From: the human T2T-CHM13v2.0 reference genome, Homo sapiens | NCBI RefSeq assembly: GCF_009914755.1 | Contig: NC_060930.1 | Reading direction: 5' to 3' (one strand) | DNA: 64,000 nt | Shown: piece by piece, positions 15,595-33,072 of the stretch | Position numbering within the stretch: position 1 is the stretch's first letter | How the letters are laid out: the number at the start of each line of letters is the position of its first letter | Position numbers and translations under genes: made by a program | Notes under the pieces: generated by a model | What the model was told of the DNA's origin: nothing | Seen by the model: only the letters and a program-made list of their open reading frames with translations | Databases searched by the model: none

Positions 15595-16220
15595 CTGGAT
15601 TAATGAGCCTGATAAACTCTGATTTACCCTTTAGGATAGCTCGAGAAAAAGACCCCACGGTGATCATTCAAGGTCAATAGGACAGGCCATCACCAAGTAG
15701 CAGCTCTCTTAACTTGCTATTGTTCCAAATGCCTTTGAATCACAATAGGCAATGGCAAATGTGCAAACCTTTCTTTCTTTCCCTTTCCTTGGGTGAGAAG
15801 GAGACACAGTCAAAGGTCAAAATTTCCAGGATGAAGTGATATGTCAAAGGTTACTAGAATGTTATATTTATCAAAATTGTTATTGATAAAATATTTTTTG
15901 TTCATAATCTTATTGTGATGATTTTACATTCAGATGACTCATTTATGTTGCACTGGCATCTCTAATATTTCCTTTTAGTTTTTCAACTTAGGGTGAAAAT
16001 GGCAATTGGCTATAAAATATTTAAAGCATTTGTGAAAAAAATCCCATTTTGACAGAAATGCAAGCAGTAGATAGATGTACATTGTTTAATATATGACATC
16101 TAAATACTCATTGGATTAAGGAATATAAAAATGAGTTATAAATAGTTTAGTTATATTTCTGAATCATCCAGATGGCATAAAAGGATGTTGCTTGAGCTTT
16201 GATGAACCTGCAAGCATTTG

Positions 16221-16370
16221 ATCCCCATATAGGAAGGAGAAAATCACCTGTGGAGGTGGAGACTTACATGAGGTCTCCCTCCCTTGCTAAAATCCTTGCT
16301 CAAAAGAAAGATCATATAAACTACATACTGATCACACTCTAAACCTTTTTGCCCAGGCCTCAGTGGAAGC
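16221..16370 (+). repeat. Dispersed direct repeat, copy 2
   Basis: Diverged copy of 15454-15594 with an internal ccttgct microduplication. Confidence 0.9.
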
Positions 16371-16465
16371 ATTTCTACCCTCAAGCATTTTATTTCAATT
16401 CCAGCATAATTTTCTACATATGTTTCTACCTTGTAGGACCTTAGTCACCTGCAATACAGCCAGTC

Positions 16466-17021
16466 GGTGGTAGGCCAGATAATGACCCCTAAAGATGTCC
16501 ATGTGCTAGTCCCCAGAATCTGTGACTCTGTTGCCTTACATGGCAAAGGGGATGCTTTTCCATGTAAGGCAAAGCATCACATGCTGTGATTAAGTTATGG
16601 ATCTTAAAATGGACAGGGGGTGATCCTGGATTATCAAAATTGGTGGGGGTGGGGGGCTTGGATTGGGCCCCTGGTGGGCCCAATATAATCAAAAAGGTAT
16701 TATAAATCTAAAAAGGAAGCAGAAGAGTCAGAGGAGGAAGGGCAGATGTGACAATAGAAGAAAAGTTAGGAGCGATGCCAATGCTGGTTTTCAAGATGGT
16801 GCCAAAGAATATGGGCAGCCCCTAGAAGCTGGGAAAGTCAAGACAAGGAATTTCCCTCTGGAGCCTCCAGAAGGAATGCAGCCTTGTCCACACCTTGATT
16901 GGAGCCCTGTGAGACCCATTTAGGACTTCTAACCCCCAGAACTGTAAGTTAAAGTATTTGCATTCTTTGAATTCACTGAACTTGTAATAATCTGGTACAA
17001 TGACAATAGGAAACAAATACA
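16466..17021 (+). mobile_element. MLT1D-like MaLR solo LTR
   Basis: gtggtaggc...cccctaaagatgtccatg, ccctctggagcctccagaaggaatgcagcc; ends caataggaaacaaataca. Confidence 0.85.
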
Positions 17022-17645
17022 TGATCTAATAACTTTATTATATAATTATAAAGAATCTTTGGGGCAATATATATATACTATATATATACACTTATATATA
17101 CATATATATACACACACATATGTAACCTAATTTAATATCCATTACTAAAATGATTATCAACATATTTCAGTTGATTCAACCTTCCTTTACTTTTCAAAGA
17201 CTTAGATCACTGTTGGATTTAGTGAAGAACCATGACTAAAATATCAAATTATTTATCTCTTAGTCAACTTAACATAATCCATGTTACCTGCCTTAAAAGT
17301 ACTTGCAACTGTATTAACCCTTTACAATTACTGATCTAAAATTAAGCTTACTTTATTTAATGTTACTTAGTTTATTGTTGACAATTCAGAAAACAGTATT
17401 CTAAATAAGAGATGATGTTGAAATTTTGTTTTATTTTGAGATTAGCTATAAATGCCTTCTACATCTTGGGGATTCTGGGAACTAAAACTAAATAACCCAT
17501 TCAACTTTGAGGAACTCATACAGTCACCTAACTCTTTAAATGCAATTTACTAAATTATGCAATGGGGTAATGAAAATGATCTAACAAATACACTTGTGTT
17601 TTTGTTTTAGGAGAATCTAGTAAGAATGAAATGTTTTATTCTTGA

Positions 17646-17992
<347 letters not shown>

Positions 17993-19003
17993 AAATATTA
18001 CTTTTAAACGTATGATATAGGCACTCAGAAATGTTATCACTCTTAATTATCACTTGCTTACATAAAAAAGAAACTTTGATTTTTATCAGAAGAAATAATA
18101 CCTTTAATTCTCTTGCATATGTTTAAGAAAATTTTTAACTTCAAACTATATCTGTGCATTGAGAGGTTAACAATAACCTTCCCTGTATCATCAAGGCCAG
18201 AAGCAATGATGGAAAGTTCAAGATGAATACTGAATCTGTAAGTGTAAACATTTTTATAGAGATGGGGTGGAAATAAAGCATGCTTTTTCTTGTAGTTTAA
18301 GATTTTTCACTGTGAAGTAAGCAAATAATTGCTAAAACTTGGAATCATTACTTGGAAAAATTTAGTATGAGAAACTTCAAGAAGGAAAACAATTGGGTCG
18401 CAACCACAGACTATTTGGCTTCACCCCATTTGTTCCCTGAAGGTGCCCTGATGGATGCCAAACTTTCACAATTGTGCAATCTTTACCTTTAGGACTGAAA
18501 GTGAGGTCTTAACTGCCTGTATAATCTAGGCAAAATCTGGGCCTAAGTACTAAATACATTTTGATTGTCAAGTTCTCTGAAGTAGCCATTGTAGATCATG
18601 CTCAAAAAAATTTGTAATATCTGTTTGTGAGTTTTATTATTGGCAAAGCCTGCCATATCACATTGTTTGTGTGGACATAAGTGAGGAGCTCTGATACTGA
18701 CCAGGGATTTAGCTTAATATAAGGTGACTGGTTGTTCAATCCTATTGTGCAGCCAATAATAAGTGCCTTCTATCTCACCAAATTTTGTTTCGTAAAGTAA
18801 GTAAGTGTGAAGTTAATAAACTATAAAACAGTTACATCTACTACTAAGTGTACACATAATATTTGAAATTCAAACTCTTAGAATAAACAGATATGGAATA
18901 AAAAAGAGAGGCAATAAATGTATAAGTTAGAGGATTTTTTGGCTAGACATTTTGATATACATTAAAATTAATTTAACATATATTAAGGAACAGTATAGTT
19001 CTA

Positions 19004-19405
<402 letters not shown>

Positions 19406-20497
19406 GCATGAATATATTAAATATTGTACTAAGATTTTCTATACTCAAAGTGCATAATTATCTCAAAGGATCTTTTTACTTCAGGCTACCTGAAGGCAAA
19501 ATTATAAAGTAAGGAAAGTTTGCATTTAGTATTTCTTTTCCTACTATTTTTCACTTTTAAGAATAAATTTGTGACCCTAGGCCCCAAGCTAACCTGGATG
19601 CTCATACAGAGCCTTTTCTTCTTACTCTCAAAATGTTTTTTCTGTGTAAACTGTAGGATTCAGTGCTCTACTCTCTTGATAGTCCTGATTTAAGGGTAAG
19701 TGATTGTTTTTCCCTCCTGAGTTCTAGCCACTGTCCTGTTTGTAATGGGCTTATTCACATATTGAGTGATTTCCCCTCACTACCAGCCACGCAAAATGCA
19801 TGACTCAAAAGTCTCTACCACTTCCATACTTCACAGAGGATCAAAAATGACCTGAAATAAATTATGCAGTCTCAGCTATGTAGACCAGGTTTGAATGTAA
19901 AAATGAAAAATGTTCTTTGGGTGGTTATATCTAAATAGCCCTAACGGGTTTCCATACAAGTGAAGTGGGGACTATAACCAAAATTTCATGGGAAATGACA
20001 CTACTATAAGTAATTCAACTGATGTTACTTTATCCTATAAAACTGAGCTCCAACTGCCCAAGACATCGCAGGTGCAAAATTAATTTTCCTCCAGTTCCCC
20101 ACCATTCTTGCCTTTACAACTTTTTCTACTGCAGCTAAGGCAGAGCCGTCTCAGGGGATCAAGGCATCATTCTGTCCTTGTTGAATTACATCTTTGAATG
20201 TTTTTGAGTTTTCCATTTTTGTGTGTGTGGTTTTGTAAGTTTATTTTTAGAGTTAGTGAGGTTTAGAGACAAGAAAAATATAAGGGTATCTGAGGCTATT
20301 TTTAAAGAACTAACACAATTGTATAAAATTATTTTTAAAAGCGGAAATAGGAGTGAGAGGAAGAACGATACAAGTTCTATATAAGTTATGTTTTATACAG
20401 TGAGCTTTGTAGCTAGCTGAAATGCTGAGAACTTAACGCAGTATTTGTTTTGTAGCCTTATTAGTCTATACTGCCCTCTAAATTTTCTGTTTGGTTC

Positions 20498-20577
20498 ATC
20501 TTCTAAATTCATTTTTACTAATGGAAAATTGATATAGGTTATCTTCTAAATTCATTTTTATTAATGGAAAATTGATA
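20498..20577. repeat. 43-bp tandem duplication (2 copies)
   Basis: atcttctaaattcattttta(c/t)taatggaaaattgata at 20498 and 20541. Confidence 0.9.
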
Positions 20578-21485
20578 AGAGACCTACATAGAAAAAAAAT
20601 GACATAGTTCCCAAATTTATGACTGCGGCTTAAGGTGTCCCCATGGAAATCTTGAAGTCATGTTATAAGGGAACAAAAGAGCATTGAACATGAGGTAAGA
20701 GACTGGATCTAGAACAATTCCCCTCAGTCATGTAAATTTTGGCAGTGTTAACTCATAAGATGAAGACAAATAAATGAACAACCCCCAAATAACCACCTGA
20801 AGTAAATGCACCCCAACTGCCTAAAAAATACTCAATGATATATTGCTGCTAATAATACAAAAAGTACAGTTCCTCCTCTGTTGAAGATTATTATGCTCTT
20901 TGTCACTATCTGAAGGTATAGATTACCACATCCTTGGCTCCCAATACGCATTAGTGAAGGTGAAGATGTTGACATAAAGGAACGACGATGGATTTGCCCA
21001 ATGTCACCTAGTAAATTAACCAATGGAGAAAGGAGAGCAAAATACTGCTCCATTTTCAAACTCCATGGCAGAACTCAAACAAACTATACATCCCAACAGA
21101 TGGAATATGCTTATGTATTCTTAAAACCTAAAATACATGTTTAAAAATAAAGGCCATTCTCTTACTTGTGTGCATTTTTTTAAACATTTTACTCTAAAGT
21201 GATTATAGGCATACATATTTTTGCTATTTTTTTTTTAAAGAAATCTACAGAATCCAAGTATTTCAAACCTGCCAGGATTCCTTCCTCATTCATGTTGTTT
21301 GAGTGAACAATATTTTCCAAAATCCTGTCTGGTGATAAAATCTTATTAGAGAGAATAATAATAAATATACATTACAAATGAAATGTCCTCCGAACCCACA
21401 CATATAAATACTTCCTTATCAATTTCCTCATAATTAAAGAGTTAAGTTTTTGTATTCTATAAGTCATTGTGCTTGGAACTAAAGG

Positions 21486-21794
21486 TTTATTATTTATTTG
21501 TTTTTTTTTGAGATGAAGTTTCACTCTTGTTCCCTGGGCTGGAGTGTGATGGCCTGATCTCGGCTTACTGCAACCTCCGCCGCCTAGGTTCAAGAGATTC
21601 TCCTGCCTCAGCCTCCCAAGTAGCCAGGAATACAGGCACCCACCACCACACCCGGCTAATTTTTTATATTTTAAGTAGAGACAGGGTTTCACCATGTTGG
21701 CCAGGCTGGTCTCGAACTCCTGACCTTCAGGTGATCCACCCGCCTCAGCCTCCCAAAGTGCTGGGATTACAGGTGTGAGCCACCGTGCCCAGCC
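21486..21794 (-). mobile_element. AluS SINE (Sq/Sp-like)
   Basis: Full dimer; TSD ggaactaaag at 21475-21484 and 21795-21804. Confidence 0.92.
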
Positions 21795-22010
21795 GGAACT
21801 AAAGTTATAACAAAATAATAGACATGTATTTGTCCCCAAAGTTCTTATAGTTTACTCGGTGAAATGGTATTTATTTATATCTTTAAAATTTTCCTTGCCG
21901 AAACACATGGTAACTTCTGGCACTCTCAGTTTCTTATATCGTCCAAATTCTTACTTGTAGAACAAGACACAACTGGCCAGCACAAGTTAAATGCCAAGTA
22001 AACAATATAG

Positions 22011-22361
<351 letters not shown>

Positions 22362-25171
22362 TGATCTCTCTCTCTTTCTTAGTGGGTTTTATGATTTTGC
22401 ATTTACTTTCTTTTGTGAAATTTAGTTTAGTCATATTTCAAGACATTTTCATGCATTTTGGGATTGAGCTCCATCCTTTTAAATGGAAAGAGGGCTGGGT
22501 GGAATATGTAAAAGTGGGTGACCTTTATCCAGTGACGAAATTGAGAGAGAGATTTATGATCTCGAAACATATGTGTCTACATAGATGGCAAATCTCAGCA
22601 TTTCCAGCCTCTGCCACTGCCTAATTTCCTTCTGCCACATTGTTTTGCGGCAGTGTTCAGTCATTGTCTTCCTCAGTATGTTTCAATTGACGGGAACATT
22701 TACAAATGAAATCCTTACTAAAGGTGAAGTAAAACGATTTTCTCCTTTAAGATCTGAATTTAGGAACTGTCTTTCCCCATAACAGCTGATGACATCTCTT
22801 GTATCTAGGAACAGAAGGGAGAATCCATCTGTTGGCAGGAAGAGAAAAAAAGAATGTACACAAGGTAATGCACATTTGCAATTTATTCTAAACACCAGAG
22901 ACAGGAAGTGTTGAGTTGAAGTCTCAAAGCTAAATGTCTAGGTGCAGTCTTTATTATTATATGCAATAGTCACATTTAGAGTGAACTTAAGATATGATGC
23001 TTTGAATAGCCACGTTTCTTCCCCTGAAATCATTTTTTAAAGTATAATCTATAATCTTAAAGATAGTGCCATGTTAGAAAAATTAAACTAGATATACAAT
23101 GCACTTTAAAATGATCACTGCCATTTAGTTTGTTTCCACTATCATTTTAGATTATCTGATGCAGAGAGAAATCCATATTGAGATATGCCCTTTAACTTGG
23201 AGTCTCAGGATATTTTTCTTTATAATTTTGGTGCTTTAAAAATTATTGATTTTGTCTTAGGAGAAAACTATGTGCATACCAGGCCCACAAAATTGACTGA
23301 ATCAGCAGAATAACCTGTCTGGCTTCTGTGTATTGCAAGTTCATCATTACCTAAAAAATGGGCTCTTGTGAGCTGCCTGGGTTGGATCATTTTAATGATG
23401 TGTTACAAAATATATCTGAGTGGCTATAAACAATCTCCCTTTTGTTTAAGAGAAAGAAAAAGAGCACAAGAGCAAGTAAAACGCTTCCTGTTGCAAAGTG
23501 GTGATCACTCTTAAAAACAATTCACATACTTTTTACAATGCTCCTCTTTGACTAACCACCCGCAGCCACACGAGCTCACAGCAGGGTGTGTATACGTGCA
23601 TGCACATGTGTCTATTTCCCAAAAATTTTTTGAATTTGTCGTATTTCACTATAGGTCTAAAAAATTAGGATTCTTTAAAATGGGTTTAACTTACATTTTA
23701 ATGCTGAAAATACACAAATGACCTGAAAAGACTTTAAGGAATGGAAATCTTTGCCTTGTCAGGTTTGATGTAGTGAAAAAGGCCCTGAATTCCCAGTTCT
23801 TTAGTTTATAAGCTATCTATGGGAAAATTGTTTAATAGGTAACAATAGAACATCCCATATATGTGGTGGGGTTCATGTAAAGTGTGTCTGGCATATCACA
23901 GGTATTCTACAAGAGTGGTTGGTTGAATCTGACCGACATTTATTTTCACTAAGAGAATCGACATAACAGTTCAGAGGGTTTCTCATCATTTGGGGCTCAA
24001 ACCAAACAAATCATTAAAACATACAGACGCACACACATAGATACACAGATGACCCTTAAGAAGAAAACTAAAGCAAAGGGCTCAATTTTAATTTGAGGAA
24101 AAAAGACATTCAAGACATGATTCAAGTGAATCATTAGGACCTTTGAATATAGGTCTTATTTTATAAGATGTTCTAGCAGCATGGCACGATGGTCTGTACT
24201 CAGACTTAGTTTCTCTTGCTCAAAGCTCTCCTTGGAGTAAAGTAAACCAAGAGACTGAGGCGTAAGCTTTATCTTTCTCGTCCTACTCTCCAACATAGCA
24301 CGACAGTGAGGTGGGTGGCAGGGGGGTTTAGTTAGCAGAAAAAAGCACACTTTTATTTGCCTTTATTTGAACTTCAACTCTGCTGGGAGTGAGCACAGCG
24401 TCCACATTTATAGAGAAGAGCCAGAGTAGAGTTTTATTGCTAACAGTTTTGCATTCCACCTGCTTTAATATAAATGGGAGAAGAAGGCACATGCTAACTT
24501 TCTTTTTCACATTCGTTGAAGTTTCTGTTGGATCCCACACTTTCTGAATAAGGATTATTTTGACATGAGGTCCAACCTGAAATTTCACAAAAAGTCATTA
24601 ACTGTTTCTCCCTTTTATGAATGAGGCAGTCAAAATATCAGGATATGAAGGAGATTCTATTTATTTATTTGATGGAGATTCTATTTTTTGATGCCAAGAA
24701 CTTTAGAGGATCCCTTTTCTGGAACCAACCTCAGCTAATTCTGGTGTCAAGACTTTGCCAGGATAAGACTTACTCAAGTACTTTCAATAAAGAAACTACA
24801 TTTGAATAAAGTGAAACTTTATGAAACTACAGTTTCTTTATTTCCAGTCTGTGAATTAACTGAAAAGATTGTTGAAGATCATTCATGAAATCCTTTTTTC
24901 TAACACTCAGTGAGTCTATGGAAGTAGATGCCCTGAGGCAAAAATTGAAAAGAAAGGGCCCAATCTACACAGAAGAAACTCTGTGGAAACAGACCCTACC
25001 ACTCTACCACCGTGCTGTACTTGATACACACCAAGAGTCTTACTGAGGTCACACCCTTCACCAGGAATTTGAAAAGCAGTTCAAATTCCAAAGAAAATTC
25101 ATTCTAGAGCTCCCTCCAGAGGTCATGATAATCTCCACTGCTGCAGGAATTCTGGGGAAGAGGCGGGAAAA

Positions 25172-25330
25172 CAACACACACACACACACACACACCCCAC
25201 ACATACATACCACACACAAATACTCCACACACACTACCCACACCCACACATCACACACACACACACACCCCACACACACAAACCACACACACACACCACA
25301 CACACCACGGAGACACACACACTAGACACA
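25172..25330. repeat. Degenerate CA-rich simple repeat
   Basis: Imperfect (CA)n/(CAC)n run; source of the His/Thr and Cys/Val ORFs. Confidence 0.9.
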
Positions 25331-25574
25331 CCTCTGTGCTCTACCATCTCTTTCTTCATTCCATTGCCTCCCTCTACTACTCATAAAAATGGCAAAACCT
25401 CTCACACAACTGGACAGAGGGTCCCAGCTGGGCAACTATGCCCATAGGGCAGCTTGTTCCCATTGGCTCTCAGAAGCCTGTTGCTGTCAAAGGCAGCTGA
25501 GTACCTAATGTGTGTTATTCAAACAAACAAACAAACAAACAAAAAGTGAAGCTCCTAGCAATTGTGGCTTTCAG

Positions 25575-25735
25575 AACAGAACTCCTCAAACTCTAATGCA
25601 CTCAGGAATCACCAGGGGATCTTGTTAGAAAGCAGATTCTGATGCATTAAGTTTGGGGTGAAGTCTGAGATTCTACATTTCAATAAGCTCCCAGGTGAGA
25701 CAGACACCAATGATACTCAGACCACAGTTTATCAT
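25575..25735. mobile_element. MER5A/B-like fossil
   Basis: gaatcaccaggggatcttgttagaaagcagattctgat...ctgagattctacatttcaataagctcccaggtga. Confidence 0.75.
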
Positions 25736-26559
25736 GGTTCTGAGTATGAAGATCTCAGCACCACCTCTGGTAGACCTTTTAGAGCCGGGTTCTTGGGGGA
25801 GCTATCTAATATCAATACTGTACCCAACAGATCTTCCTAAGATGTTTTCACCAGGAGTTACTAGCTTTACTATGGGAAGCAAGTCTATGCAACAGCAAAT
25901 GGATTTCTACTTTGAGATTTTTTTTTTTAACACAAGATTTGCTGTGCCTTGAGGAACAGAGAGCACTGGTCCCCTGAGTCTTTGCTGGCTAAGTCCTCAT
26001 GTTATCCAAGGGTCCTTTGCTGATGTTAGAGCATTAAGTCTTTTGAGCAGTCCTGGCAATGTTTAAGCTAGACAATTTGCTGATGCAGCCATTACCTGAC
26101 TTACCTGCCTCTTTTTCAGAGGGTAAGTTCACAGAGGATACCAGGGCAGGTGATTCCCAGGAAGACACTAATTCCATCCTCACTCCCTACACACACTTTT
26201 CACCCAGCAGGCTTTTTATATGGTGACTGTTTTCCTCAAGAACCACAGCATACAGTATCGATAACCAAAGTCAGTGGACTTGAAGCTCCAGTATCTTCTA
26301 GACCAAATGTCGACACAATCTCAGTGGAGGATAAGCAGCATCTTCCACTGATGTTAGCTCCTCTACCCTTAGTCTTTGTCAACTGCTGACTCCCAGGTCT
26401 CTCTTCCACATTCACTGAAGACTTGACTCCTGTTTTGTGGCTTTTATCTTCCATCTGTATTGATACCACCCCTCACACACTTCTCCACTCATACCACATC
26501 TTTGGTTCTTGCTGCTGTTTTCCATAACATTTTTTCAAATAGTCATCACTCTCTTGGAG

Positions 26560-28675
<2,116 letters not shown>

Positions 28676-28679
28676 CCAA

Positions 28680-29487
<808 letters not shown>

Positions 29488-29599
29488 TGGAACAATACCA
29501 TGTGATGCATGGAACAATCTTAAATAAATGAATGGGTAGGTCCCCCACACACAGAATAAGTACCAAAAGTACGGAATGTCTCACTTCTATAATGTGGTC

Positions 29600-29760
29600 A
29601 GAAGAAGAAATGACAGTCTTTGTCTGTAAAATGCAAGTGATGATAATAATAATTGTACTTTCCTGAGGAAGCTGTTGCAATTAAATGAGTAAATATACAT
29701 GAAACACTTATAAACAGAATATTAAATGGCCAAAAATGTTTATTACTATTATTATTATCA
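29600..29760 (+). mobile_element. MIR fragment
   Basis: gtctgtaaaatg...aataattgtactttcctgagg...attaaatgag. Confidence 0.55.
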
Positions 29761-32700
29761 CTCTGTATGGAACATGGGAGGGCACGTTTACACCAGAATA
29801 TCGAGGTCTAGGACATGGGTTCTACAAGATCCCAACTCTTGCACCCAACATGTGCTTTCTCCATAACTGACCAACTGTGAGACTTTCATTGCCTGTCAGA
29901 GGCCAGATACGTGCTGGCAACCATAAGTGTGCTTGGCATTGGGCTACAGTATTTTCCCTTCAAAATGAGTGTCTGAAATTGTCGTGTAAGTAATGAAAAC
30001 AGAATAAAACAAAACACATGATTCATTTTAGATCAATATTTGTTTTATAAATAACTACTAAGGGGTTTTTTAATTAAGTAAACTTGTCAAGAAAAATCCA
30101 AGTTTCAGAAAATAAATGATTATTCACATGACATAAGAATATTTATTTTCCAGAACTTTGTTAAGCAAGATACAGAATTTATTCAAAGCTAAATAAAAAT
30201 ATAAATTGTGTTTAAACCTTTTTGTTCAAAATTCTAACTCATAGAGACAGTGTGAACATTTTGACTATGAATGAAATTTGGATGACCTTACAGATTACTC
30301 TTTTTGCTTTCTCTACTCAGAAGTGCTGCCTCCTTTAAGGACCTTCCTTAAGAACCCTGTAACCTAATAATCTTCTAAGAGTTCCCTAAGCCCTCATTAA
30401 ATCCTGCTAACAAAATTGAATCTAATGATATAAAAATCTTATGTTATAAATGACAAACATATTTAAAATGTTTGCCATCCCCAGGAATGTTTAAGATCAT
30501 CAAATGGACTTCAGGTCTCTTCATTGCTCTGAGTACATGAAAAAGGGATTTTAAGGGGCTACACTTGGGAGGCTTCCCAGTGAACCCAGTAGCACACCAG
30601 GTAGGAGACAGCTCATTCCACACACTTCAAGGGTGACCATGGCATTGAGTTCAATGAGTGAAATCTTTATGTGGCAAGTGGCACCTTATTGTCTTTGAGG
30701 ATTTTATGATAATCTCAGTTCTCCAAGCCCTTTTCAGACATAGGGGAGTATCCAGTTCAGTGAATTTCACATACTTTAGGTGTTTATGAGGGTTTGGAGA
30801 GGGATTTTCTTCAGTACTCAATTTCTTCATCTTGTCATTCATTCAATAAAGCCAGGGAACATACAGGAATAAAATAATTCATAAATGTGTTACTTGCTTT
30901 ATAAACATACTTTGGGAAGCAATCATAAAGTAAAACAAGTGAACACCAAAGTTGAAAGGAAAGCAAGAAAGACAATTCTCACTGAAAAATAGAAGACTGG
31001 TTGTCAGTTGCTGAAGATGTTCTGTGGCCTGGAATAGCCAGGCCCCTGAACTCTTCATGGAGTGATGTAACATATTTTACACAGAACAAATATAGTTTTG
31101 TTGAGAAAAAAGTGAGGATAAAAAGAAGAAAGAAAAGTAAGAGACAAAACACCTTCTACTTGACTGGTTGGTCTTACTGGCAGCATGCAAAGGATGAATT
31201 GGTGGTTTATGCAACCGAGAAAGAATGTGAAAGAAAAGAGAGACTAAGTAAGCAACCAACAATTTTAGGTTGATCTCACATGTCTCACTTTCCTTATATT
31301 CACATTAGCACTATTCAGTTTCCTTCGCTGTATGAACTTCAGAGTGACTCTGAAGCATGGGGGAGGGGAACAAGCTCACAAGTGCACAGTGAAATGCTAT
31401 TTGCTTTGAGGTTGGTGGGTGCATTATTGTAAAGAAAATTGAACTGAAATGAACTGTTTCTAAATATTATTATATGTCATGACTATTTTTGCACAAAAAT
31501 AAGAAATGAAGACAGTGACTTGCCAGCTATGCTGCATATAAGCAAGACACTTATCTTGCGGAAGGGACAGTCTTTCAAGAAAAATAGGATCTTTTCAAAA
31601 AGGGAGCATTTCATTTCCAGAAGACTATCCCAGCAATGAGAATATATTAGTACTAGTAATACTTGTGATAATGTTAATAGATTCCTGACTTTATTTGATT
31701 TGTAAAGGAAGAAATACCATAATTTTTTTGTTTTTCTTTACACACTCAGGTTAAACCACACTAACATAAAATCACAGATATGTGATACTTGTTATCTCAA
31801 TATTAATGAGAATAAAATTAAAGATGCCCTTTTCTTCATGTTTATGTAAAATAAACATTCAGAAAATGGTGGTGACCAGTGATTCTCACTGGAGTGGCGG
31901 TGGAGGTACTGTTGACAGGTTGAGCTAGGATGTCTGGTATATTACAATGAAATCAGCATCCTTTCTCCTACTCATTAAATACCAGGAGCACTCTTACCCT
32001 CAATTATTGGGAAAACCAAGAACATATAGCTTCTTTCCCCCACCTACTCCTTGACACATACATTTGCAAACATTGTCTGGGTGACTGGTGCTATCCCTGA
32101 TTGAGAGACACAGATCTAGAATTAAAAAGTATATTTTTCTTAAAATGGGAAATACAATTTCAAGGAACATATTTATTTTTTCTCTTTTAATTTCCTCTCC
32201 CTTCTCCCACCTCAAACAGGCTATGAATCCAAGAACAAATTTCTAGTTTTTAGACATAATCCACTACTTCAGAGTGAGAAAATATGTTCAGTATCTGGCA
32301 CAGAGTAGGTGTTGATGAACTCTGAGTTTCTCTCCGGACTCATCCTTGTTTTGCCAAGAGTAGAAAATAAAGTAAGGAAACATTTCATGTTGAAATATTT
32401 TGGTTATGGCTTTATTGCTCATTTGGAAATGGTAAGTCATTTTCTTACCCACTGGCTTATCAAAATCAGGCCATCCACTCTTGTTCTGTCACCTGAATGG
32501 ACAAGGCATAATTTGCTTTCTATTGGAACACAGAACCCAGTCTTTTCTAGCCAAGTTGCAGGCGAATTTCAGCTGTAGGCATTATCAACCATAAAAGGAG
32601 GCCATGTACAACAAGGCACAAGCACTTTGCTGACTGATAGAGACTGCTATTTTATTTTTGGAAAGTAGCCTAAAGCTATTATTGCTGTGGGTTTTTGACA

Positions 32701-33014
32701 GGCGTCATATATTGCTATTTCAGAAGAAAATTTAGCTTTAAAAATCAAGTAGCCTGAGGGTTTGGAAGCATACTTAAATTTTTAATAAGTTGTCAAAAAA
32801 TACTTTGCAGTATTCATTTGTAACTGAACTTAATTCTGCAGATTAATATGTAAACTGCCCAATCCCATTAACAGTTTGTTGTTCAAAAACAGTTAAAGGG
32901 CCAGTTATCAAGTTAATGCAAAGAGAAACAGGAGATGCTACCGGATTCCTGTCATTTCTCTTTGTGCTAAACAGAGATGTACTATCCTGAATTTATTTTT
33001 GTCTAGAACTAAAC

Positions 33015-33072
33015 TGAAACCTTATTTTAGCTGGTTTTAATTTGAAACCTTATTTTAGTTGGTTTGAATTTG
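33015..33072. repeat. 28-bp tandem duplication
   Basis: tgaaaccttattttag(c/t)tggttt(t/g)aatt occurs twice. Confidence 0.9.

Noticed and set aside
17581-17620. Strong plus-strand acceptor-like sequence (ctaac...ttgtttttgttttAG)
   Set aside because: No convincing exon or donor partner; such motifs are common by chance in AT-rich DNA.
20832-21150. Open frames on both strands in unique sequence, with a minus-strand acceptor-like site near 21128
   Set aside because: No recognisable protein; all three frames after that acceptor hit early stops, and I found no matching donor.
25058-25325. His/Thr-rich and Cys/Val-rich ORFs
   Set aside because: They are translations of a degenerate CA microsatellite.
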